NCBI GenBank assembly: GCA_001803415.1
Contig: MHDC01000011.1
Span: forward strand, 4,642-68,641
Source of the DNA: Microgenomates group bacterium RBG_16_45_19
GTDB lineage: Bacteria > Patescibacteriota > Microgenomatia > UBA1400 > RBG-16-45-19
Length of the DNA: 64,000 nt
Direction of reading: 5' to 3'
Position 1 is the first letter of the stretch, and the number at the start of each line of letters is the position of its first letter. Both the position numbers and the translations under genes were made by a program. Below, piece after piece: positions 54,318-63,660 of this stretch. The notes under the pieces are model-generated. The model was not told where the DNA came from, searched no databases, and saw nothing but the letters and a program-made list of their open reading frames with translations.

Positions 54318-57041
54318 TTAGGGAATAATGGGTACACTGGTAGCACCAGTAGCGGCATCATAACATTCAAGATCGATACATTGGCCGTATTGGACATTGG
54401 TCATATTTCCGGGGAAGAGACTACGAATGTCCGGGCGGCCACCGTCACAACGGACTTCGTAGTGTAAGTGGGGGCCAGAGCTATTGCCAGTGTTACCAGA
54501 TAAGCCTAATTGGGTACCGGCAGCCAGGCTAGCCCCAGCCGCTGTACCTTCAGGAATAGTGATTTGCGACATATGAGCAAAGTATAAACGGCAATTGGAT
54601 AAATTGCCGGAATTGGGGGGAGTGCCGATGTTGACGATGGCGAGGTTGCCGTAACCTTGGTTGTTCCAGCCGGCTGAGACGAGAGTCCCGGCGAAAGGTA
54701 AGATGACGGGGGCGCCTTCAGGCAGATCGATATCAATGGCCGAACCACCATTGGCATCGGTGGAAGGGTGACTTTCGGGCATATAACCATTGAAACAGAC
54801 CCGACCAATGACCGGCCAGCAAACCATCCCTTGGACATTAAAAGAGACGAGTGGACCGGTATAGGCTGGACCGGGGCCACCGTGACCCGGACCGGAAACA
54901 GCATCGGGAATGCCGTCGCCATTAGTGTCAATATATTCGGCATCAATGCCATAGCTACTCAAAGAGATGGTTTGGGCGGAGGTGAGTTTGAAGGTATGAA
55001 AATGGCGCCAGACGGACAAACCAATGATAGCACCAGTGGCGGAGACGGCTATCCAGATAGCAGCGGTACCAATGGCAGCGGCGGCAATCAGACCGACTTC
55101 AGGCAAACTGAGACCGATAGCGGCTAAGCCGGAACCGGCTTTAGCGGCCAGACCTTTAAGAGCACCACCGATAGAAGTGAGTAGGGGACGGAGAGCCGTC
55201 CCGATCTGAGTAAATGCAGCTCGAACTGTCGGTAACATTTTTTCAAAGCCAACCTTGATGACGGAAAAACCGTTTTGAATAGCCGAACCTAAAGCCCTGA
55301 ACTTGGCCGGTAATTGAGCCGCAGCGGTTTTATAGCCACCGGAGAAAAAAGTGCGAGTGGATTGGAAGGTTTGGGAAAGAAAACCACGAGTATTGGCCAA
55401 GAAACCGCCTGAGGGCTTGAGTGTAGGGAGGCCAAGCTGAGTTCGAACGTAGCGGAAAACGCCGGAGGGAGAAGCTTCGGGGATGTTTTCAAAGACTTTG
55501 GGAAAAAGGCGGCGAGCCCAGCTGTTTTTGGCCAGGATTTGCTGAGCGAGTTGAGGGAAATGCTGTTGGCGTTGATGGACGTCTGCTTGATAATAATGGA
55601 TGGCCTCGGGACTGGTTAGGGTGTGGATTAGGTCTCGGTGGTTGATTTTACCCTCGGCAAGAGCTTGAGTAATGACCGTTTGTGCTTCGGGTCTGAGGCC
55701 ATGACTGACAATATAATAAGTAGCGGTAGTAATGGAGGTGTCATCCATGGCGGCCAGATTTAGTCCATAGGGTTCGAGAAGTTGATGATGGGGAGTAAGA
55801 TTTTTAGTAACCGGTCGATGATGCTGTGGTTCCCCGCTGGTGATTAGAGACAAGCTAACGGCATGGGCGACAATGGGTTCAGCCACGGCCGCATGACGGA
55901 GGGGTGGAGGGGAATGGGTGGGGAGACTGGACTGAATGACCTGAGTAACCTCATAAGCACTCAAGGATTTAAAGGCGGATTGGGTATTAATTTCGGTTTC
56001 GATGCGGGCGGCGGTAACCGAATCGAGACCTTTTTGAATGAGGGCGTCGTAAAAAGAAGAATGATGGCTATCGAGAGTGTCAATGGCTTGAATGATAGTT
56101 TTTTGAGGGTGGCCAGAACGGAGCTGATCCTGGAGATATTTAATGGTGGTTAAGGTGTCTGAAGAGGCAGTAGGCACCAAGTGCTCCAATTGGTCGGCAG
56201 CGCCGTTAGGGTCGCCTTGGGCAATTTCGGCTCTAACTTGGTTAAGAACGGCTCTTTGGGGATAGACAGCGGTTTCAAGCTCTTGCATCAGGGTACTCTG
56301 GTGAGTCAGGTTTTCACGAGCTTTTTTAACCGCTTGATTTTCGATAAGGTCTTGAGTGATGGCGGTTAGGCTTTTTTCTAACAACTGGGGATTGTTTTTT
56401 TGAGCAAAGCGAAGAGCAGTGTTTAAACGAGTGGGGCTAGCTTCAAGAATCTTGACGGTAAACTGAGTGAGAGTTTCGGGAGTCAAAGGGAGACCATGAA
56501 GAGTGAGAGCTTGACTAATAACAGAGGCAATTTCATCTTTATTAATGTAAAGATCGGGACGAGCCAGACCAGCATTAGCAGCATTGGCAATGAGAAGGGC
56601 TTGAGCTTTTTCAGCTGCGGCAATGGCAGCGGCATTGAGTTTAGCTAGAGATTCAGCGGCGTGACGTTGAGCCTCGAGGTATTTTTGGACTTGGATGGCG
56701 GCTGGACCCTTAGTTTTAGCAGCGGCTTTGGCTAAATGAGGGACAACGGCAGTAGCTTCGCCTTTTTTGGGGGCAATTTTAAGGGTTAATTGCTGGATAG
56801 AATTGAGGAGAACTGAAGCTTCGGTAGGATTAGTCAGCGAAGCTAAGTTGACTTGGAGATGTTGAGTTAGGGGATTGGAGCGAAGATTGGCGACGAAGGC
56901 TTTAGCCAGTTCTTGCCGTAGAGTGAAGGGGATGTCGATGTCGGGATCGGCTAAGAAAGCAGCTTGCTTGAGGAGGTTGGAGTAGGTATTATCGAGCTTG
57001 ATTAGTTGATTAAGTTGAGTGTCTAAGTCAACGTCGGGCAT
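54318..57041 (-). CDS. large membrane protein with a C-terminal M23 (LytM) peptidase domain
   Basis: 907 aa: alpha-helical N-terminal 600 aa, two TM helices (GLAAKAGSGLAAIGLSLPEVGLIAAAAIGTAAIWIAVSATGAIIGL), then an M23 domain (HPSTD..., GYGNLAIV, GPHLHYEV). Confidence 0.7.
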   Translation of the reverse strand: MPDVDLDTQLNQLIKLDNTYSNLLKQAAFLADPDIDIPFTLRQELAKAFVANLRSNPLTQHLQVNLASLTNPTEASVLLNSIQQLTLKIAPKKGEATAVVPHLAKAAAKTKGPAAIQVQKYLEAQRHAAESLAKLNAAAIAAAEKAQALLIANAANAGLARPDLYINKDEIASVISQALTLHGLPLTPETLTQFTVKILEASPTRLNTALRFAQKNNPQLLEKSLTAITQDLIENQAVKKARENLTHQSTLMQELETAVYPQRAVLNQVRAEIAQGDPNGAADQLEHLVPTASSDTLTTIKYLQDQLRSGHPQKTIIQAIDTLDSHHSSFYDALIQKGLDSVTAARIETEINTQSAFKSLSAYEVTQVIQSSLPTHSPPPLRHAAVAEPIVAHAVSLSLITSGEPQHHRPVTKNLTPHHQLLEPYGLNLAAMDDTSITTATYYIVSHGLRPEAQTVITQALAEGKINHRDLIHTLTSPEAIHYYQADVHQRQQHFPQLAQQILAKNSWARRLFPKVFENIPEASPSGVFRYVRTQLGLPTLKPSGGFLANTRGFLSQTFQSTRTFFSGGYKTAAAQLPAKFRALGSAIQNGFSVIKVGFEKMLPTVRAAFTQIGTALRPLLTSIGGALKGLAAKAGSGLAAIGLSLPEVGLIAAAAIGTAAIWIAVSATGAIIGLSVWRHFHTFKLTSAQTISLSSYGIDAEYIDTNGDGIPDAVSGPGHGGPGPAYTGPLVSFNVQGMVCWPVIGRVCFNGYMPESHPSTDANGGSAIDIDLPEGAPVILPFAGTLVSAGWNNQGYGNLAIVNIGTPPNSGNLSNCRLYFAHMSQITIPEGTAAGASLAAGTQLGLSGNTGNSSGPHLHYEVRCDGGRPDIRSLFPGNMTNVQYGQCIDLECYDAATGATSVPIIP

Positions 57042-57246
57042 AAGTCAATCATACCAGAGGTTGATGGCATGAGGGGCTCAAGTTTTGGTATGATGAAAAG
57101 AGGTTGTGAGTTGGGGACAGAGAAGATATAATATAGTTATAGGTTATTATGACTAGAATGGTCAAGGAACAAGTTGAATGGGATGATATGGTGCGAGACG
57201 CGACAATCCAACGGTTTGAATATACCTTGTTCAAAACTTAACGCAT

Positions 57247-57711
57247 ATGAATGACGCCATAAGCCATAAGCCATTAGCTATAAGCCAAAAGTCTGATCCT
57301 TTCTTAGCGGATGAGTTGGATGAGAGGAGGATTGGAGTGATGGTAAAGTTTTGGGTCGAGGGGGCAGAGGAGGCGTGGGAGATTGCACAAGCATTGGATA
57401 AAAACAAAAAGTACAGTTATGCCTTGTTTTTCTGTCATTTGGCTTTGGAAAAGCAGATTAAAGCGGTGGTGGTGCGAGTGGTCAGAAAACCGCCGATTCC
57501 GTCCCACGATCTGGTGCGACTGCTCAAGATGTTGGGAATTGAATTGAACGATAGCCAAAAGGCAGAACTTAAAGAAGTTAATTCATTTAACCTTGAGGCA
57601 AGGTATGATGATTATAAGAGGCAGTTTTACTTAAAAGCAACGAAAGAGTACACAGAGAAATGGATGAAGAAGTGCGAGGAGTATTTAATATGGCTAAAAG
57701 AAAAGATATAG
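57247..57711 (+). CDS. HEPN-domain protein (HepT-like toxin)
   Basis: ALFFCHLALEKQIKA... is a HEPN helix pattern. The true start may be the ATG at 57340, which has a perfect AGGAGG RBS 9 nt upstream. In that case the upstream 93 nt, including CCATAAG-like heptamer repeats, is leader. Confidence 0.55.
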   Translation: MNDAISHKPLAISQKSDPFLADELDERRIGVMVKFWVEGAEEAWEIAQALDKNKKYSYALFFCHLALEKQIKAVVVRVVRKPPIPSHDLVRLLKMLGIELNDSQKAELKEVNSFNLEARYDDYKRQFYLKATKEYTEKWMKKCEEYLIWLKEKI

Positions 57712-58016
57712 ACCAGGAACTGCTGGTAATGATGAAGCGCTATAAAAAAGTATTGGTGACGGCGAACATTAGGCCGGAGTTTATGGCGGTGTTTGGGTCG
57801 CAAGTTAAGGGGACCGCCAAACCATATTCAGATATTGATGTTTGTATTGTGTCGAAGGATTTGTCAGCCGACCCGGTGGATGATTACGTTAGATTGTCGA
57901 TGTTGGCCGATAAGGTTGATGACCGGATCGAGCCTCACGGATTTCTACCGGAGGATTTTGACCCAACAATGGATTCACTGGCTTATGAGGTAAAGCGAAC
58001 TGGGGTAGTGATATAG
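57690..58016 (+). CDS. minimal nucleotidyltransferase (MntA-like antitoxin)
   Basis: VFGSQVKGTAKPYSDIDVCIV (GS-x9-13-DxD). Overlaps the HEPN gene by 22 nt. Confidence 0.6.
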   Translation: MAKRKDIDQELLVMMKRYKKVLVTANIRPEFMAVFGSQVKGTAKPYSDIDVCIVSKDLSADPVDDYVRLSMLADKVDDRIEPHGFLPEDFDPTMDSLAYEVKRTGVVI

Positions 58017-58028
58017 AGCCAAATATTT

Positions 58029-58472
58029 ATGAATGACCAGAAAAACCATCAACCATCAAATACTAACCAACCTCAACCCCATGACCCCTTTTTAGCCGAT
58101 GAGCTGGATGTGCTGGAGGCAGTGGCGAAGTTGGAGCAGAAGTACGGGAAAAAGATTTTAACCGAGGAGCAGAGGGGAAAACTTTTACAAGCCAGGAGGG
58201 GTGAAGGTGGGCAAACTGCTGAAGTCAGTGTAACAAAGATTAATCAATTAAAATCAATAGGTGGTATTGGACAGAAAGAAGCAGAGTGGTTGGTGGCAGC
58301 TTTAAGGGCTAAATTGAAGAATGACATTAGTAATAATTTAGGGAAATATAGCTGGGATAGTTTTAGTGAGAAACAAAAGCAATATGTGATTTCGTGTTAT
58401 TTCCAATTAGTTTACGGGACATCGGAGTACCATTTGGCGGAATTGTTGGCTGGAGGAGGCAAGAATGCCTGA
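58029..58472 (+). CDS. small protein with a helix-hairpin-helix motif
   Basis: INQLKSIGGIGQKEAEWLVAAL is HhH-like. The N-terminus shares MND...DPFLADELD with the HEPN ORF. Confidence 0.4.
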   Translation: MNDQKNHQPSNTNQPQPHDPFLADELDVLEAVAKLEQKYGKKILTEEQRGKLLQARRGEGGQTAEVSVTKINQLKSIGGIGQKEAEWLVAALRAKLKNDISNNLGKYSWDSFSEKQKQYVISCYFQLVYGTSEYHLAELLAGGGKNA

Positions 58473-61400
58473 AAGATCTGAGTTGGAAGTTTTAGTACCT
58501 CAAATGAGGCGGGTGTTGCCGCCAGAATATATGGTGGGGCCGATTGGGGAGGCGATCTTGAAACCTGATTATCGAGACTTAGATCTATTTACTCCGGAGG
58601 AATCAGCAAAAATTGTGGCAGGGATGGAAAAGTATGCCGGTGGAGATATCCGTGATTTTGATTTTTTAACAGAGAAGGTGGATGTATTGGGTGATTCGAA
58701 GGTATTAACGCCGCGTATGCCCCATTTGTTATCTGATTTAGGAGTAAGCGAATTATTAACTGGATTAGCAGACCGTAAAATTAATATTGAGCAAGTAGAT
58801 GTTGAGGATAAGCGTTTTAAGAGATTGTCTGGATTGTTAGTCGAGTTAGATAATTTTTTACGAAGCTCTGGAGGGCGTGGCGATTTACGTGATGAATTAA
58901 GTGGATTAAGCCTGGAAGATTTAAAGGAAATTGCGAGAATTGAATTAGTCGGAGCTGATGAACAGGCGGGGCGATTAAATTTTCAGGATCCAGAACGTGG
59001 AGCTCAAGATGTGCGGGAAGCGATTGAAAAATGGAGAGCAAGGAAAAACTTACATCGGGTGGTGACGATTCCGGCAGATTACTATCAGGCTGAAAGTGGT
59101 TTACCCGGGGGGCAGTTAATAGTGCCTGATGACATGTTTGTTCCAGGAACGCGGGTGATTAAACCCAATTTATTAGATCGACCAGTGATTGTGCGTCAGG
59201 TAAACGGAGGAGGGTTTGCAGTGGTGCCAATGGCGGAGAGACCACTGGTTAACATAAAAGATGATAAGCTTGGATACCGACGGGTAGTGGAACGGTTTCA
59301 AGTAATAGAGTTTGTCAAAAGATTAGCGCACGGCGAGGGCGATGAGCAACAGTTCTTAAGAGTATTGCAATTAGCTTTCAAGGCTGAGGGGTTAGATCAA
59401 GGGACGTTAATTAAAGCGTATCTACCAGGGATGAAAAAAGCGATTGAGTTTTATGATTACGCAACGAAGGCAACGGAAAAAGATGACATACGTGGGGCGA
59501 AGCAGTTTGTGATGAGTCCAATCGAACAGGCATCCTTGTTAGCAGTACCAGAATCAACGTTGTTATTTGATTTTGGTAAAGATAAGGCAGGGAATGAAAG
59601 GTTAGCCCCCTTTTATATTGGGGTGAATAGGGTGGTGGATTCGTTGTGGGGGGATTATGGCCGGTGGAAGAAACAGGAAGGGGAATGGTTGTTTATTCAC
59701 CCATATAGTCCTAATGAACCGAAGGTACTCTCAGCCTTTCGACCTGAGTTGAGGGGGATGTTACGTCCGGTATATGTACCGGAAGAAGACCCGATGAGAA
59801 TAGGTCGCACAATTGCGGCCCAAGAAATGTATACGATGCAGCCAATGATGCGGGAAGAATTGGGGGGGATTAGTTGGTATGAGCAAACCACAAATGAAAT
59901 GAAAGCTTTTGTTGCCGAGAGGAATTGGAGTTTTGATGAGTTGGTGGGGATTCGGGGGGTTTTATTTGACAATGGGAGACCTTTAGTGATTTCCTCTAAG
60001 AAAATACAGGAGAAAATAGCGGAGGCGGGCGGAAACGTTAGTGCTGGAATTGAAATGATGTTGCAAACACCAATGTTTGCAACACACGTTGAAGAATTAG
60101 TAGCTGGTTGGGGATTGTCAGCTCTCTTTCAGAGAGAACGGAGGGGAGATTTGTTACTGGCGTCTGATTTTGTCAGTGAATTAGCAATAAATATGGGGAT
60201 GAGGGATGCCCATACAAAGAAATATTTACTTTTACCACCTGAAACAATCCGGATGGTGCGGAATTGGCATAAAGAATTTGAATTTTGGAAAAAGGAATAT
60301 GTTGATTGGATGATAATAGCCTTGAAAAGCAAGAAGGGATTTAGGGCAACTTTTAGAAATGTATTAAATCCGGATAACTCGCCAGAAATTGCCCCGATTT
60401 GTTTTAGGAATGAAACAAATGCAGACGGTAGCCTGAAAAGTATTGCACAGAAAATTGGCGAATTAGAGAGTAAAAATAAGATTGGGGAGTTAAGCGATGA
60501 AGAACTGATTTTGTGGAATAATTTAAAGAATGGAACGACATTGGTGGAGGCATTGTTGTATGGGCGAAATGAGTGGGGGTTTTCGACTGTTTTTCGTAAT
60601 ATGGCAAATGGACTGGTGGATTTAAGTAATAAGGCTAAAGAAGCGCGGAAGGATGGTAAAACTGGTAAAGCCGAAGGGCTAGAAAAGTTAGCTAGGGACT
60701 TAAAGGTTAAGGCATTTAAGACCTATGTGCTGGGATATAGTGATTTAGCGCCTAATGCTTTTAGACGCGGACAACAGCAGATAGGCCCGCTTTTACAGAC
60801 GGTGCAGGAAGATCAGGAAATGATGGAATGGCTTGCGGATTTTAATTTTGGGCCTTTATTAGATTCAGTGGGAGACCAATCTGGGGTGAAGGATCCGATC
60901 GGGCGAACGTCTTTAACAGGATTTTCACTATGTATGAAGATGCGAGGTTCGCGCAATATTATGGTGGGTGAAGTAGATAAGCCAGGGAAATATATTACCA
61001 AATATCCTTATGTAGCGGCGGAGTTGGGATCAAGTATGTTAGCGGCGGTACCGACGTTAAATAATGCCATAAACTCAATGATTATGAATTTAGCTTTTGG
61101 GAAACCGGACCGTTTAGAGGCAATGAGTGCGGACCAATTTGGAGAGGCTTTGGCCAAGATGGTGGTGGACTGGTTATTTGTAGGAATGCGGTCACAATCA
61201 GAGACTTCACAACTATTAAAGGAAGGGATTGAGGCGTTTGTAGATAAAGCTTTGATAAATACTGCTCACCTGTCGGCTTTGGAGGGGGAAGAACTAGTAG
61301 CTAATACTTTTAGGGAAATTCATCGAGTATCTCAAGGGATGATTGACACGGCACTGATTTACCAAAAATCGTTTAGGCGTGAAAGCGTGGAAGAAAGTAA

Positions 61401-61926
61401 GGTTGACTTGGCTACTAAGAGAGCTGGGGTTCAATATCTATCATTTGATGGGAACGACCCGTTGGCGGTTGAAGTAATAAGAGGTGCGGGATTTGATACA
61501 AATTATCCGTCTGAGATCGCTGGCAAGAAACCGTATGTGTCGTTGGGTGATGAAGCGTTGGATTTAGCGAGCGTAGAGGTGATTGCAGGTTTTGTGGAGG
61601 GGGGTGTGAATGTGAAAGAAGTATTAAGAAAAGTATCTAGTTTTAGCGCGTATGGACACCGGGGGGCGGAAGCGTTGACAGTGATAATTATGTCAATGTT
61701 TGCACGAGATAAGCTGTTGTATTCTAAAGAGCGAGAGGATCTTTTATTATCAACTCTAAAGATTGATAGAAGTTTTTTTGAAAGAATTAAGTATATCGCA
61801 GCGGTGAAATTACTAGAAATTGAAGAAGCTGAAGGAGGTGAAGTTGTACAAGTATCTAAAGATAATGAAGAGAGTGAGGCTCCATCAGCGACTAAAGAGA
61901 ATGAAGGTGGCGAGATTCCAGATTAG
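58465..61926 (+). CDS. 1153-aa orphan protein with no recognisable domain
   Basis: Long uninterrupted ORF overlapping the upstream gene by 8 nt. About 43% GC with TTA/AAA/AAT-rich codon use, unlike the rest of the window. No TM segments or catalytic motifs recognised. Acidic C-terminus. Confidence 0.6.
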   Translation: MPERSELEVLVPQMRRVLPPEYMVGPIGEAILKPDYRDLDLFTPEESAKIVAGMEKYAGGDIRDFDFLTEKVDVLGDSKVLTPRMPHLLSDLGVSELLTGLADRKINIEQVDVEDKRFKRLSGLLVELDNFLRSSGGRGDLRDELSGLSLEDLKEIARIELVGADEQAGRLNFQDPERGAQDVREAIEKWRARKNLHRVVTIPADYYQAESGLPGGQLIVPDDMFVPGTRVIKPNLLDRPVIVRQVNGGGFAVVPMAERPLVNIKDDKLGYRRVVERFQVIEFVKRLAHGEGDEQQFLRVLQLAFKAEGLDQGTLIKAYLPGMKKAIEFYDYATKATEKDDIRGAKQFVMSPIEQASLLAVPESTLLFDFGKDKAGNERLAPFYIGVNRVVDSLWGDYGRWKKQEGEWLFIHPYSPNEPKVLSAFRPELRGMLRPVYVPEEDPMRIGRTIAAQEMYTMQPMMREELGGISWYEQTTNEMKAFVAERNWSFDELVGIRGVLFDNGRPLVISSKKIQEKIAEAGGNVSAGIEMMLQTPMFATHVEELVAGWGLSALFQRERRGDLLLASDFVSELAINMGMRDAHTKKYLLLPPETIRMVRNWHKEFEFWKKEYVDWMIIALKSKKGFRATFRNVLNPDNSPEIAPICFRNETNADGSLKSIAQKIGELESKNKIGELSDEELILWNNLKNGTTLVEALLYGRNEWGFSTVFRNMANGLVDLSNKAKEARKDGKTGKAEGLEKLARDLKVKAFKTYVLGYSDLAPNAFRRGQQQIGPLLQTVQEDQEMMEWLADFNFGPLLDSVGDQSGVKDPIGRTSLTGFSLCMKMRGSRNIMVGEVDKPGKYITKYPYVAAELGSSMLAAVPTLNNAINSMIMNLAFGKPDRLEAMSADQFGEALAKMVVDWLFVGMRSQSETSQLLKEGIEAFVDKALINTAHLSALEGEELVANTFREIHRVSQGMIDTALIYQKSFRRESVEESKVDLATKRAGVQYLSFDGNDPLAVEVIRGAGFDTNYPSEIAGKKPYVSLGDEALDLASVEVIAGFVEGGVNVKEVLRKVSSFSAYGHRGAEALTVIIMSMFARDKLLYSKEREDLLLSTLKIDRSFFERIKYIAAVKLLEIEEAEGGEVVQVSKDNEESEAPSATKENEGGEIPD

Positions 61927-61942
61927 GGAGTAGGTGAATTGG

Positions 61943-63604
61943 TTAAGATACTTCAGACGAAGGCTTCTGTTCCTTACCAGTGGTTCCAATGTTGACGGGT
62001 GTAGATCTACCAAGATTGCGGAGTCTATTGTACTGGGTATGAGTCATACGTTCCCCGGTGGTACTAACGTCACTACTGGCGGCGGCATCTTTACTAACTG
62101 CTCTGCCAGCTTTGTATTTTTGCCACCAACCACCGATATTCTGGGCGGTATACGATAAGCCAACTTGAGTGGCCGCGCCACCAACCATAGCAAATGGAGC
62201 TCTGATGACCCCATAACCGCGTTTGGCGTTTTCGAAGGCCTGAGCGCCGTATTTGTCTTCTTCCACTTTTAGGAATCCCTTGACTATTTTAACCACTTCG
62301 GGTAGTAACATTATAAACCCGAGGCCAATGATGGCCTGGATGGTGCGGGGGCCAAACTCTTCAGTTTCACCTTGGTTGACCCAGGTTATACCCCTGGAGG
62401 TGATGAGGGGAGGGACGAAGCCAGTGTAGTCGGTGCCTCCACCTTCACCAAAGCCAAAACCAGCCCGTTGTTCCCCAGAAGGGGTGATGCCCATACTGGC
62501 AACTGAGTCACCTCCAGCCAGGAAAGCGCCAATGACTACCATGATGATGACGGCCGGGAAAACAGCAGCGTTGGAAATGAGATTTTTTATCCAGGAGCTA
62601 AAAGTACTGGAACCGGGGAAGGCGTTGGTGAGGAGTTGAATGGGAGCGAAGATAACACCGACAATGATACCAATGTAGGCGGAGAGGAGGCCGAAAAAGG
62701 TGCGAAACATGGCGATAAAGATGGCAATGGCGATAGCCAGGTAGAAGACGGAGTCGAGAATCCAATCAAATATACCACCGGGAAGACCAACGAGTCCTTG
62801 AACCATAGCGGAAACAGCATTAGCCGTATCGCCGGCCACTTCCATAGGGGAAATAAAATACTTAATGCCGATGCGGAAGATGCTTAAGCCAAAGAGAGCA
62901 TTAGCAGCAGTGGTGAGGTCGCTGATGATGCCGGCGGCTTCCAGGATGCTTAAAGCCCCCATGCCAACGAGATAGATAAGATCAACGACAAAGCCGGCGA
63001 TGGCATAGGAAAAGGTGATCAGGATAAGGGTGATGATTAGCTTGGGTAAGGCTGCCTGAATGGTGACCACGGTCTGTTGGTCGATTTGAGCCCGAAACAT
63101 AATCATGAAACCGACGACTATAAAGACAATGATAAAGAGGAAATAAGAGACATTGCGAAAAGCTTTCCAGACTTGAAGGATGGGGGAAAGGGAGGAGAAA
63201 CCAAGACCTTGGGCGTAAGCCTGGGGAACTAAATGAGTGTTTTTAAGGACATCAGCCAGATATTCGCCAGTAGTAGCAGGAGGAACAACGGCGATGTAAC
63301 TAATACCTTGGGCTAAGACGGCCACCGCCCCTCCGTAGTGATAATTAAAAGTACCGTCGGTGTTTTCGGTGGCCTCAATGGAATAGAAAGATTGACCGAC
63401 ATTGGTGGTGTCGGCTCCCCAACCTTCTTTGGAGAATTTAGCCATATTGAGAGGCTGGTCATCTTCGGCGGCCTTGATGAAATCTTTCATGTTTCGAGCT
63501 TGGATTTGAGAGAGATGAGGGAAGAAGTTGGGAATGATGAGGAGAGAAATCCCGATGAGGTAGAGAATTAAATGAGAATGAGGCAGAAGTTTAGAGAGGG
63601 ACAT
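61943..63604 (-). CDS. VirB6/TrbL-like polytopic membrane protein
   Basis: 553 aa with at least six strongly hydrophobic helices, a Gly-rich extracytoplasmic loop and a hydrophilic C-terminal tail. This is the architecture of VirB6 / PrgH-TcpH-like proteins. Confidence 0.45.
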   Translation of the reverse strand: MSLSKLLPHSHLILYLIGISLLIIPNFFPHLSQIQARNMKDFIKAAEDDQPLNMAKFSKEGWGADTTNVGQSFYSIEATENTDGTFNYHYGGAVAVLAQGISYIAVVPPATTGEYLADVLKNTHLVPQAYAQGLGFSSLSPILQVWKAFRNVSYFLFIIVFIVVGFMIMFRAQIDQQTVVTIQAALPKLIITLILITFSYAIAGFVVDLIYLVGMGALSILEAAGIISDLTTAANALFGLSIFRIGIKYFISPMEVAGDTANAVSAMVQGLVGLPGGIFDWILDSVFYLAIAIAIFIAMFRTFFGLLSAYIGIIVGVIFAPIQLLTNAFPGSSTFSSWIKNLISNAAVFPAVIIMVVIGAFLAGGDSVASMGITPSGEQRAGFGFGEGGGTDYTGFVPPLITSRGITWVNQGETEEFGPRTIQAIIGLGFIMLLPEVVKIVKGFLKVEEDKYGAQAFENAKRGYGVIRAPFAMVGGAATQVGLSYTAQNIGGWWQKYKAGRAVSKDAAASSDVSTTGERMTHTQYNRLRNLGRSTPVNIGTTGKEQKPSSEVS

Positions 63605-63660
63605 AGGGTTAAGATTTATTGTACTTTGGATTAGTCGAGCGGTGCAAGCTTAAGGATGGT

